DNA from: Anthoceros angustus
Lineage: Eukaryota > Plantae > Anthocerotophyta
Assembly: GCA_010909165.1 (NCBI GenBank)
Contig: MU008231.1
Coordinates: 20,995-84,994, forward strand
Reading direction: 5' to 3'
DNA length: 64,000 nt
This document shows positions 37,501 through 49,389 of this stretch, one piece after another; within the stretch, counting starts at the first letter, position 1, and each line of letters starts with the position of its first letter. The notes beneath the pieces were generated by a model. That model saw only the letters and a list, made by a program, of their open reading frames with translations, made no database searches and was not told where the DNA came from. The translations under genes and the position numbers were made by a program.

Positions 37501-38847
37501 GTCCAGCTCGAGGAGGTGGAGATTTTGGGAGAGATTGCCCAACCAGCCAAGAGGGAAGAGCAAGAGGAGAACATGGGCTAGGCGGCCTAGGAGGCCTGTG
37601 AGGGATATAATAGGGTAAGTGGCCTCAAATAGATGAAGGCCCATGTGTTATAGACTAATCTTCCTCATAGTGGATAGAATTAAGAGATAGGCCTCTAGGA
37701 TTGGTAGGCTAAGACCGATTGGTATTTTTGGCAAGGCCAAGCTACTTTGTGGCTGATCTTGGGTATAAGAGGCCCTCTTGATGAAATGCAAGCAATGTTG
37801 GCCTAAAGTCTTGGTGTTTGGGTGAGCACGGGGTTTGGGGGGTACCGATCCAGGTCAGTGAGTCTAGGCACGCCTCTGCTGTGAGGAGCCGAGAAGACTA
37901 CTGTTGCCCAGATCCGTGTGACCGATCCGCAAGAGTGGTGGAAAGCAAGGGAGGGAACTGGTCTCCTTGGGGAGTTCCCAAGGATAAGAGGAAGGGGTTG
38001 TGAAGCCGGGAGGCTGTCCATTCCTTACTCATTCTCTGCCTTGTCTAGTACTCACCTTGTGTTTGAGTTTTCGTGGTGTGAGGTCATGTGGGAAAAGGAG
38101 ACAAGGCGGGAGCCTGTGGGTGGAAGAGAAGGTCAAGTGAGACGGAACCCGTGGGTTTGTATGCTTGGAAAATGTGAGCGAAAAGTGAACTGTGAGAGGA
38201 GTGGAAAATGTCACATGGAGAGTTGATTGTGGGAGAGAAGTAAGAGGGATTGGAGAAGACTGTAAGTGATGTTTGCTGAGAAAGTGGAGATTGAATGAGG
38301 CCGTGAGGTGTGAGAACAAGGAGCGAAGGGGGTAACTTGTGGAGCCGTGAGAGCCTGGGGAGGACGGAAGCTTGGGAGGAAAGCTGAAAGGTTGGAGGGA
38401 AGAAAGAGAGATCCGGGGAAGTGTGAGTAAGGAGGTGGTGTGATCGGCAACCCCGATTGGTGGATCCGACTTTGTGGAAGGATAAGAGAGAGGGTCCAAT
38501 CTTATCCACTTGGACCCCAAGTGGGCCCACCTTCTATTAATAGCCAGCCCGAACCCGAGATGGGCCCCGCCTACTGCTAAAATAGAGGGTGGTTGCTAAG
38601 ATAGCAACCGGCCCGCTGCTAAGGTAGCAACAGGTCGCGTGGCTAAGATAGCCATGTGTCCGAGTGTTGTTAGGATAGTAGCTTGGTCCGTAGTCGCTAG
38701 ATGTTTTGTATGTCCGTGTTTGGTTGGATTGGCTATGTTTTGGTTGTCTTGACACGAAATCACTCCCTTGGGTACGAATCTCAAGTCTACAACGATAAGA
38801 GGGTAAATGGGCCCTTTGTGACCACTTGGTTTAGAAAATCACCCACA
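34554..38847 (+). repeat. 3' LTR of element A (4294 bp)
   Basis: Direct repeat of 24432-28717, preceded by the PPT. Confidence 0.92.
35595..37581 (+). pseudogene. LTR-embedded ORF, 3' LTR copy
   Basis: Same start (MAPKK). The C-terminal 187 aa are open (37018-37581, ending EEQEENMG*). Confidence 0.6.
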
Positions 38848-41086
38848 CTGGTGATGGAGAAGAAGTGGGCAGAGGGCGGAAAAAATTAAGGAAGTCGAGG
38901 AAGCATGCGTAAGAGGAAGCGCTGTCTGGACAATGACCACGTATGCCGAACGATCGGAGCTCCTTTCGCAGGAGGATGACTATCTCGAGATGGTTCGCAC
39001 TGGCCTACAAGAAGCGGGTGCAAACCACAACATTCGACATTCACATATCGGTACTACGCCCCGCTCATTTCTAACGCAGATGCTCGATAAGGAAGGTGGA
39101 TGAGGCATGGATGAAGTGCCTTGTTCGATGCGCATGTGTCCTCAGAAGGAAGGGACGCCCCACTTGTGCATGATTGATCCAAGACAAAGGCTTGAAGAAA
39201 GAAGATGCACGAGGAGATCGAGCTCAAAGATTACACCCTAGGGGTGCCGGAGGGAACTATTGCTATGCCGCCATGGTAATCTCAAATGTATCCGCGGAAG
39301 ATAAATTTCAATGGCTTGAGGGCCATGTATATGCGAGTAGAGGAAGAAATGCGGTGCCGCGCTTGATCACAATGTGTATGCGCATAAGAGGAAGAAGCTT
39401 GGTTTTATTGAACAAGTACGCTACATACATGATGAGCTTGAGATTTGGCACCGGACACACCCGATGGAAAACCGATGCGGGGAAGTTCAATGTGTACAAG
39501 TTGCTGGGATGCTGGAGGAGGCTGGAAACTCCAAGGACACTGATTATGTACAGAAGATGGTGGACAGGAAGACTCTGGCGCTGAGGATTGCGAGGTGCAG
39601 GGGTAAATTGTGGGAGAACGTGGACACCATTTTCCGGATGTGGGAGAAGTGCGAACTCCCGCAGGTGAACAAAGACAATGTGACGACGGGAGCGAAGCAA
39701 ACGGAAGCCACAAGACCCAACTACAACAGTACCGGGCCCTAATCGACCCTCGTCCGGCTCCAATGCTCTAAGGGCATGGAGAGTATTCCAAGGAGTCCCA
39801 AGGACGAGAAAGGTGAAGAGATGTTGATAGCAGGACCAAGGTCATCCAAGGAAACCGCAGCTAAAAGATATGGATACGGATGTTGGCAACGGAAGAAGAT
39901 TAACCTTATCGAGCATGCCTTCGAAGGCTATGAAGTGTGCGACCTGAAGTCGCCAAACAGCTTCCCAAGCATACCGAGGCCAAGGAATTGGCGAAGTTTC
40001 ACAAAGTGGAAAGTGTATTCGAGTGCGTCCGGGCGCATTTCAGAGTGCGCGACCGGCGACTCTTTGTTGTTTGACCAGAGGCGAACGCGAGTGCGCCGGC
40101 CGCGCACCGGCCGACAAGACAGCGCGCTGGCCGACCGCGACTGGCGCCGGCCACGGATCGCGCTGGCCGACCGCACTGGAGTGCGCGGCCGACCGCGACT
40201 GCATTTGCCGCCGGGCCGTTCATGAGGGCGCCACCGACCGGCATTGCGCGCCGGCCGACGCCATCATTGCCAATGAGTTCTGCTCGACCACCGCCTCGTT
40301 GCTTGCGTAAACCGGAGACATTGAGGATTTGAAAGCTCGCCAAAACCTTTCCAAGATTTTGTTTATAGCGAATCGAAACGGATGGAAGAAGAGCGAAAAC
40401 AAATGGCCGACAAGGACATGGATGCGGTGCAGCCAGAGTGCCTCGGGTCTTGGACAAAGTGGCATATCGTGGTGCATCGAGACATTTTGGATATGAAAGG
40501 ATTTTTGCCACCGAGGAGGTATACTCTTCTTTTCTCGCGACCTCCCTCGAGGAATTGAAAGAGATCATCAGCTCTTTCAACGAGAAGACCACGAGCGATG
40601 TGTTCCGGATAATTCTTATGCATGGGGTGGATGGGGTGATTCAAGCCGTGGAGGCTTTGAGGTCTTGGTGCGGTGAAAGGAGTCATTCGACCGGTATGGG
40701 AGAAAACCAACATCCCACCTAAGCAGGCCGTGGAAACAGTGGAATATTTGAGTTGGAAGCGCAGAGGAGAGTCCAATGTCGGAAAAGCTCCTCTTTTCCG
40801 CAAAAGACATCAAACAGCCAAGAGTTATCCGACATGGACCGTGGTGAAGAAGTGATTTACCACATCGGTGATAAGATGGTCGACGCCATATCGTAAACCG
40901 GGCTTATTAGGCATGTTGGTGAACATGTTCTCCAACGAAGACGATCGATTGTTGACGCGCGGATCGTGGATCATTTTTGGTGGCCGGATACAACGGAAAA
41001 GGAACGTTGTGGCCATTGACAAAGACGCACGATGCTCAATGTATATGTCACAACGAGTGAACGGAGACGACGAGTTCAAGAAATAA
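38848..41086 (+). pseudogene. ParB-like domain + beta-class N6A/N4C DNA methyltransferase-like gene (unit 2), frameshifted
   Basis: FDIHISVLRPA..IRKVDEAWMKCL (~39035-39122); YTLGV-AGGNYCYAAM (~39232-39275); HVYA..LDHNVYAHKRKKLGFIEQVRYIH. MTase: IVVHRDILDMKGFLPPRRYTLLF then DLPRG (40539-40553); EELKEIISSF; VWEKTN (40694-40711); PYRKP-GLLGMLVNMFSNEDD-IVDA..GS-GSFLVAGYNGKRNVVAIDKD (40886-41025). Confidence 0.75.
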
Positions 41087-41199
41087 CAGATAAGTTTTCG
41101 GGGCCCTGCAAGTTTTGGGCAAAGGAGATCGCGACGGAGGCATTGACAGAAAATGCAAGTGTATAGCTTGCTTGGAAAGAAGGGTCGAATGAAGGACTC

Positions 41200-43651
41200 A
41201 GACGTGAGACGACCGCCGTTGAAGACCAACCGGCATTGACAATATGGGATGAAAACGGCACACTACCACCGCAACAGAGGCTCCGACGCTCGCTTTGCAG
41301 TTGAAGGTGATGACTTTGGTGACACGGAAAAGGCGTGATTTGGAAAATGTAGAAACGGTGCGATTCGGAGCTCAATTTGGTTGAAGTAGATGACCCTTTG
41401 GGTAGCTGTGACTTGTAGATGAGGGGGCTCGTCCGTTGACCGTATAATTCCTGCTTTTGACCCTTCGTGGAAAATGCCCGACTTTGATTTGAATGCATAT
41501 TACGTGTTTTGGACCCATAGTCTGGCACTGCCCTTTCCCCAGTAAGTCTCGGAAGGGTCGCGGACGGCCGGCGCCTGAAACAAAAGTGTGCATACATGGA
41601 AAAACCTCGATACTTACATTGTTCTAAGTGGAACTCGCCATTCAAAGACATCTCTTTAAAAACACGTGTTTTGCTTGATATGAAAGGGTGGCAACCTCAG
41701 CGAGCGCAAGAACTACCAAGAACTCCGCGAGTGAGTCGTTGAAGTATTTCCGTTGTTAAAATACCGCAGCAACGGTTTTCGATGCTGCGATGACCTAAAG
41801 AGGAAAATAAAAGACGCCGGTCGGACCACGCACAAGGTGAGATGGCGGTCCTTATTCCGCATTCACCGGATGTCCGCGAACTCAACCCCATTGCCTCATA
41901 CCCTATTCGAATGAAGGCGGGGCTTGAAACCGTGTGCACATTCTTGGCGCGACCTTGTTGTTGCGTGCGGACAAGAATGTGGAGCTCGAGACTCCACAGG
42001 AACAACAACAGAAGGAGCGAAACGGAGGCTGCCGGCACAAGTGCTTGAGGCGGCTAAGTTCATTGGTATTGCCATAGATGGTATGGACCAAAAAAGCGAG
42101 TTGCCCCATTATGATTGCCAAAAGGCGGTTGATTAGGAGCCCTTGTCGGGCTTCACGTTCTAGGTGTCTTGGTGTTCAACTACTTAGTGCGCACAGTGTA
42201 TTTGAGTTTCCGAATGTGAGAAATGATCCAATGATGGGCAGCGTGATTGATGTTATCAATACAGGAGGGCGCTCCCCTATTCTATACTTGCGGATGGACA
42301 ACATGCTCAAAACAAGAATCGGAGGTATTGGCATGTCATCCATGCTTGTGGCGAAGGTATCTTCAAAAATCAAGGTGGGGTTTCTTCTTGTTGGCCATAC
42401 CCACGATCGATTGACCAAATGTTTTCGAGGTTCTCGGTTGTGCTAGGGTTGAAGGATGCTTTCACACCCAAAATGATAGGGTTGCCGGAGCGGGCGACAC
42501 CCCATCACCGCAGATTCACATATCAAGGAGGTGCCGACTTCAAGACCTATCTATCGAAGGGGATCTGCAACGTATGACTTGCATAATCCTTTCAACACCA
42601 ATTCAAAATAACAAGGGAGAAGTGCTATCGTCGAGAGGACGGATCGTGCTAAGATGCAAGGAGTTTTCAAGTTCGATCACCGTCGGAGGGTGGTGTGCGC
42701 TATTACGTTGGGTGCCACCACGGGTGATTGTGGCGCTCCATTGTTGCTGGTCCCATCACATGCCCAAGGTAAAGGAAAGGGACATGCAAAACGAAAGGAT
42801 GCCCCTGATGTTCGTGTCAATGACGATAGTCTCCAAGGCGTAGTGGTAGTGTAGTGGCGGGAGTCCATGAAGTAAAAGCGGGCCTAGAACGCACCAGGCG
42901 ACATATGAATGTGGAGCAACTATCATGGTGGGATACGTTCTGGGATGAACAGGTAGCAATAGCCGAGAGACTTGCAGCTGGCATTCCATTCCCGTTGGAG
43001 ACAGAATGGTCTTGGTACACTCGCGATGAAGAAAACGAGGTACCACCTGTAGACCCTCCAGACTCAACTTTGGTTGATCCTGCAATGGCCAGACGGATTT
43101 TTGGACATGGTCGGGAGGTGTACAGGGGCACAAGTGCGGAGGGAGGGCAAGGGCGAGGCTCGTCGAGGTTGTGTGAAGGAGATTGAGGAGGGAATGATGG
43201 TTGGCTGCCGGGATGATCCAGAGGCGACCATTCGCTCGCAAAAGTGGTGGAGGTGGACCATGATGCTGCGGTCCCTTTCATGATAGTTCATTGGTGGCGG
43301 ACAGAGAACAATGATGCATTCGAGGGAAGGTACATGGAGGAGTTTGTGATACGAAAGCGCCCACCAGGTCGTGGGAAAAAAGTGCGGCGGTCAAAGAATG
43401 GAGGCAGAGGGCGTCAGGAGAAGCATTTGCAAAGCCTCAACTTCCCAGAGACAAATGTGCTGGCCTATGATTTCGCGCTGACAAGGAACAAGACGTTGCA
43501 GAGGACGACAATGAAGCTGATAAAGACTAAAGTCTTTGAGTTGCGTTCAGAGCCGGCTGATGAACCGGCGAGGCTTCCGCCAGCTGACACGAATGTCATG
43601 CCCGAAGACATGATTGACTTAAGACCTCGACAATGTGGAATCAACGGATGA
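41200..43651 (+). pseudogene. Sola-like DDD DNA transposase (unit 2), frameshifted
   Basis: AKFIGIAIDGMDQKSELPHY (~42052-42110); SPILYLRMDN; KIKVGFLLVGHTHD (~42366-42407); C-terminal LSWWDTFW, VPFMIVHWW and VLAYDFALTRNKTL; stop at 43651. The 5' boundary is approximate. Confidence 0.8.
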
Positions 43652-45844
43652 GTCCAGACGTGGTGGTGGACCACCGGATGGTCCGGACTGGAGAGGAGCC
43701 GGAGAGGCAACCTAATATTGTCAACTTTCCGCCTTGTACCAGAACGTTATGTCCCCTCGCTTGAATGCAGTGGATTGTTTTCGTCTTTTCGTGGAAAGGT
43801 TTAACTGCCATCATCTCTCTTTGTAGGAAGTTGACGGTGTGATAATGTCCGAGCATGTAACGGCGACTATGTAAAACCGATCCCAATGTGGTGCTCTAAT
43901 TTTAACAATGTTCGTGGTTTTGTCCAGCTTGAGAGTAGCAGTCGAGGTTTCAATGGTGACCATGCAGGTCATCTATGTTCTGAGCTTGTAGTGTGGCGAA
44001 GTGTCCCCAAAGGATGGTCACGGATGTCCGTGGCATATGTATGCCGCAGCGCGCGCAATGTCGTTTATGTGTTCGGCAAGGACGCCCTATTTTTGGAACG
44101 GGGGGACCGTAATGACTATGGGGTGGAACGGGGTCCGAAGGGCGCAGCGAACGGATGCACACCAGCGAAACTGAGTACCAAGACGGGCTCAAAACGGCGC
44201 CTTCCTCCACTGCCCACCGCCACAGAGGTTGTCTTCCACCTCCTTTGTGGTTTTGTGCACGCCATCCATCCCTCCGCGGAGAGCCGTCCTCACGCCATGC
44301 TCCTCCACCTCCTTCCACCTCGATTGTCCGGTTTTGCCTGTTGGTTCCGCCTCCTCCTTACGTCCCATCCATCCAACCTTCCTTGAACTAACCTTCGCTT
44401 TTGCAGCCTTCCGGATGAGGACTCGCAGAGGTGGCTACGAGTCACCACCTCGTATCACAAGGGAGGATGTGGAGGCAAAGCGAGCCAAGGCGGAGAAGGA
44501 TGGAAGTTGCCCATCCAGGACTTGTGTGGAGGCCATTTGGGTCTCCAGTGCAAGGTGGAAAGACGGTATGGGTGGCCATCTCCTTCCATGCAGGGTGGCA
44601 GCATCGTAGATTTTCCAGATGCAGTGCAGGTAGGTAGCCAGGGCTGGAAGAGGACTATAGGATAGCGAAGGAGGGGTTCCCGGAGGCGAAACGGGGGTGC
44701 AGAACTCCAGCACAGCAGGAAGGAGGGGTGAAGGAAGAGCCCGAGACTGCCCCGTCCAATTGTTTAGAGCTTCCGTGACCTTGCAGCTGCCCGTGAGTCC
44801 ATGCAACAGCTTACGCGAATGAAGGTTGCCGCAGAGGAGGCCGCCGCCGGAGCGGGAGTGGAAGTGAAGGAGGAGGCGTAAGCACTTACCTGCTACCTTT
44901 TCGCTTGAGAGTTGAGCATGGTTGTCATGCATGCACTAACGGGCATTGTGTGTAGACACGATGGGGACACCCTTGGCAAACCGGAGGAGCACTTGGAGAT
45001 AGGAGCGTGAAGTGGGTTACCTAGGTTTTTGCAAGCGATCTGTAGACTAGAAGCGGGGCGGAGGGGAAGGGAAGGAGGGAGAGGGGTTGGAGGTGCGTAG
45101 AATCATAGCTTTCTCATGGCTTCACCGAGTCGAGTTGGGGACGCAATCACATGATTTTGTGTATGTCAAGTTTTAGCGTCGATGTGCAAGCCATGGTCCG
45201 CCGCCAAGTGTGAAGCGGAAACGGGGTTTGAGTTTGGGGAATCGGGAATGTTTTGTCGTCACCGGACATGGCTATGAGCCAACGGTCAATGTCACATGGC
45301 ATGGACTAGAGGCGGTTATATGAACTACACCATATCGGTTTTCCAATACTTTATTAGTGAGAAATGTATTCAAGATATACTTTGTACCTTGGGGATGTAT
45401 ATTTGAATAATATTATTCCATGTATTTTACATGAATAACCCTAAGGCCCACAAACAAAGGAGCCCGCTAGTGATGCATTCTCATCAATTGTGTAACATGA
45501 CGGTCTACACTTTTCCATATGCCGTAAAGGTAGCTTTGGTCGTAATGTATCCCAAAAGTGACATGATTGAAATAAAGCCTAAATAAATGATCTAGTCTGC
45601 ACGCCATAAATTTATAAGGATCTCTACTTTTTCTCCCCAAATGCCTCTTTTGTTTAACCATGAGACATCGAGGTGTGGAAATATTGCCAATAAATTTCAA
45701 GTTTTGATGAAGTGGAATGGGTTTGGGTGTACCGTGCGTGGTATTTTTAGCAGCCGTTTCCCACAAACCCTCAAAATCAACGTTTCAAGTTTACTTAAGC
45801 TTAAATTTTGATGACAAATTTGGCCCGTCTCCTGAAAGTGGAGT

Positions 45845-47410
45845 GTGTCACTAGCCCTAAGGAGACCTTGTTTTTTGAAGACTGTACACTCCGATATCTG
45901 CGGCCCAATGAGCACACACAGCTTCGGAGGCCACTCCTACTTCCTTACCTTCATGGACGAGTGGAGCAGGTACTGCCACATTTACTTCCTTCGCCATAAG
46001 GATGAGGCCCTCACCTGTTTTCAAGGTTTTGTATTAGCAGCAGAACGACAAACTGGATTCCAAGTCTACACCCTCCGCAGTGATAATGGCGGAGAATACA
46101 CCAGCACAGCCTTTAATGAGTTCTGCAGATCCAAGGGGATCCTCCGCAAACTAACTGTACCACACACCCCAGCTCAGAACCCTTTGCAGAATGCCTCAAC
46201 AGATCCCTCCTTGAGATTTCTCGCTCCATCCTGAAGCTATCCTGTCTCTCTCGAGGCTATTGGGCTGAGGCCGTAGCTACAGCCAACTACCTAAAAAACA
46301 GGCTTCCTACAAAAGAGCTGCCAGGTACTACCCCTTTTGAGCGCTGGACAGGTCACAAACCCCGCATCTCTCACCTCCGCATCTTCGGCAGTCTTGCTTT
46401 TGCACATGTCCCAGATGCTACTCGTCGCAAATGGGATGACAAGAGCTGCAAGCTCCTCCTCATTGGCTACTCAAATCAAGTAAAAGCCTACTGCCTTTTC
46501 GCCACCAGAGAGGTAATCCTTTCCCACAACGTTCATTTCCATGAATCCCTCGTTCTCAACACTTACATCACCACCTGCACATACACCAGGTAGACGTCAA
46601 GGCTGCATTTTTATATGGGACTCTACATGAAGACATTTACATGCTTCAGCCACCATGGTTTGTGATCAACATGGGACCTCTACGCTATGCTCTAGGAGTA
46701 CAGTTCAAATTCAAGAAGGAAGAGCACACCTTTTTCATCCATCAAGAGCATTACATCAGCCAATTACTGGAAAGATTCAACCTGAAGGACGCCAAGCCAG
46801 TATCCACATCAATTGCCTCAGGAGAGAAGGTATCAGCAGAGGACTGCCCCAACACTCCAGAAGAAATGCACGAGATGAGAAGCGTCCCTTTCAGTGAGGT
46901 TGTCGGAAGCCTGCTTTACCTATCAATTTGGACAAGAACAGACATCGCACAAGCCGTGAATATAGATAGTGTCCAGATATCTCTCTAATCCGGGGAAAGT
47001 GCACTGGACCTGCGTCAAGAGAATACTCCGTTACTTAAAGAGGACAAAGTCACACGGACTTCTATACAGAGACCATCTGCACCTCATCCACTGAGGCAGA
47101 GTACGCAGCAACAACCCTAGCAGCCAAGGAGATACTATGGATTCGCCAGTTCCTACAGACATCGATGAGAAGCAGGATCAGGCAACTCAGCTGCACTGCG
47201 ACAACCAATCAGCGATAGCCATGACACACAATTCAGTGCTGCACACGAGGACCAAGCACGTGGAGATTCAGCATCACTTTATTCGACAAGTGGTGGCCAA
47301 CAAACAAGTTTCACCACGCTACATCAATACAAGCGACAACACTGCAGACCTGTTAACCAAGGGACTCCCCAAGGCTCTTCATGACAAGCATACCGAAGGT
47401 ATCGGGTGGA
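45845..47410 (+). pseudogene. Truncated, internally deleted Ty1/Copia pol (IN-RT-RNase H)
   Basis: VHSDICGP..YFLTFMDEWSRY..LRSDNGGEY; WAEAVATANYLKNR; QVDVKAAFLYG; VVGSLLYLSIWTRTDIA; LHCDNQSAI..RTKHVEIQHHFIR..ADLLTKGLP. Confidence 0.92.
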
Positions 47411-47775
47411 CAGAGACTTATCCCGACTTCAAAGACCTAGCCCTCGCCATCATCAAAGGGGAGCCCTAGTTGACCCAAAGACTAAGCCAACAGCCCCAGC
47501 TCACCCACTAATCGTGGAGAGGTTGAGTCAGCAGTCCCATGCCCTCAACTCTAGCTTGTCTCGACCCCGACTCTTCCCAACTCTGGTCTTCACCACTCTG
47601 CGCTTGGGCACTCCTCCTTGCTCGAGACTTTCAATCTTCTTAATCACCTCTTGGATTATGTGACTCGCAAGTTGGAGAAGCCACCAGAGACTAGCTAGTA
47701 CACTCAAGACCACGTTCAAGCACGCGTGGGAGATGGAGGCCATGGGCAAGAACCTGAATCTGCAGCGAGGGGGAG

Positions 47776-48015
47776 TGTTGGAGAATAGCAGCGCGTACGC
47801 CACGGATCAGGTTTTAGCACTGTGGTTTTAAGTCATGTCGCCATACACACTTTAGGGCACATTTCGTGCATAGGCCCGTAATCGTTAGTTTATCAGACGG
47901 GCATGTCGTTATGAACCATAACCGCGTGAGCGGTTAAAGAACCGACTCTGTACAGTATAAGAACAAGCTTTCATGTATCAGTAAATTACACTCTCAATTC
48001 TGTATATGGCCAGCA
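47776..48015 (+). repeat. Putative 3' LTR of the Copia remnant
   Basis: PPT GAGGGGGAG (47767-47775), then TGTTGG, ending near CCAGCA at 48010-48015. No matching 5' LTR was seen. Confidence 0.55.
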
Positions 48016-48173
48016 ATATGTGACCACTTTAATGAGAGTGAAGCAAAGTGGCGGTGCATGTTCGAGGAGCGGCTTACCGAAATTGCTGGTTACCCTCTTT
48101 TCTGTTACAAGCAAGCGCACAAAAAGAAGTTGCTTGATTCCCCTTGAGAGAGGTTGGGATGAAGTTGTGGATA

Positions 48174-48522
48174 CCGTACCCCAAGGGATGATTCGGCGTT
48201 AATTAATTAAAATTAATAAAAGTTGCAAATTTAGAAATGATTATACTTAAAATATTGAATATATAAAAATTTATGAGTTTAAGATGCCGAAAACAAGGAA
48301 ACTAGGGTTTGTGTGGAAAATTAGGGCCTGTTTAGGGGTGGTCTATACATATCCATTAGTTTTATATATATACTTATATATTTTAATAAACGTTGAAATT
48401 TGATAAAATTATTTTTCGTAAATTTTGAATTTTGGAAAAATATAAATATTTTTGTTGAACCTTATTTTTTCAAAAAATAATTATTTCGGCATTATCATGT
48501 TGAATCACCCCTCGGGGTACGG
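48174..48522. mobile_element. MITE, Tc1/mariner-type (TA target)
   Basis: 21-bp TIRs CCGTACCCCAAGGGATGATTC and GAATCACCCCTCGGGGTACGG (2 mismatches), TA on both sides and an AT-rich interior. Confidence 0.85.
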
Positions 48523-49389
48523 TATACAAAGAGACCAAATCCTCATGTTCCGCTCCCATGGAAAATTCATTACCCGGTCTGAAAATGAAAGGAATATGCT
48601 ACATTCTAATGTCAAGTCTCTACACAAGTAGGCCCGGGTTGCCTACGCATTACATAAGCACGAGCCCTGACCAAACAGGACTCGTACAGCAAAGGTATTC
48701 AATTGGACCGTTAGCATGAGCATGAAGATCCATCGGCCTTTTCCAGCCCAGGTGGTCTTCTAATTACAATGAGCTCTACGGCCCCCTCTGGCTTCTGCTG
48801 CCCAGGATGAAGGTGTCTGTGTAGCCTCGCTTTCCTGCCATCGTGGAGCTCCTTGCTTGGTTTGAAATATGCTCCCTTCATGAGGGTGGGTGGTGCTGTT
48901 GGTCTTGCTCGATCATCTGAAATCGTCACCTGCGCGCACTTGCCAGGAGGGTCCTTATACAATATGAAACTCACTTCGTTATCAAGGCTGGCCAGCCTTC
49001 GCTTTCTCTAGTCATCTAACTGAAAGCTGATTGCAGCTTTTCCAGAAACAAACCAACAGTCAGCGACCAGCTTCTTCAAATAACAAGCCTAAACCTTCTA
49101 GCTGACATGCAACAAATGGGGTCCTGCCAGCACCACGCCGTGTGATCGGAAGCACCATATCACACGCAAGCCTCTGGAAGGCTCTCTGAAGTCGCTCTTG
49201 AAACTATGGAAAAATCAAGTCTGAGCGCCGGGTCCTCTATCTGGATGCATCCTGCGAAGCAACAATGTTGAACATTTCGAAAAAGTGCTTGGAATTTCAG
49301 AACGCAAGCGAATCACAACTCAGCTTATCATGAGTAGCATGACCAGCAGTAGATTGGAGGTGAAGAATTGATTAGATTGTACACAGCAC

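Larger units (their letters stand above)
24432..38847 (+). mobile_element. Full-length Ty3/Gypsy LTR retrotransposon A (~14.4 kb)
   Basis: TGTGG...CCACA LTRs at 24432-28717 and 34554-38847. PBS 28721-28734, PPT 34541-34551. Domain order gag-zinc knuckle-PR-RT-RH-IN. TSD is ambiguous (left ...cagtgt, right ctggt). Confidence 0.93.

Noticed and set aside
44030-44070. Minus-strand peptide ALRHTYAT resembling the tyrosine recombinase H-x-x-R box
   Set aside because: The preceding His and the other catalytic residues are not evident and the frame is flanked by stops. Likely chance.
48711-48974. Possible SET-domain-like words (GKGRWIF) downstream of the AT-hook ORF
   Set aside because: No NHSC or ELxxDY motifs were found, so it is not supportable.
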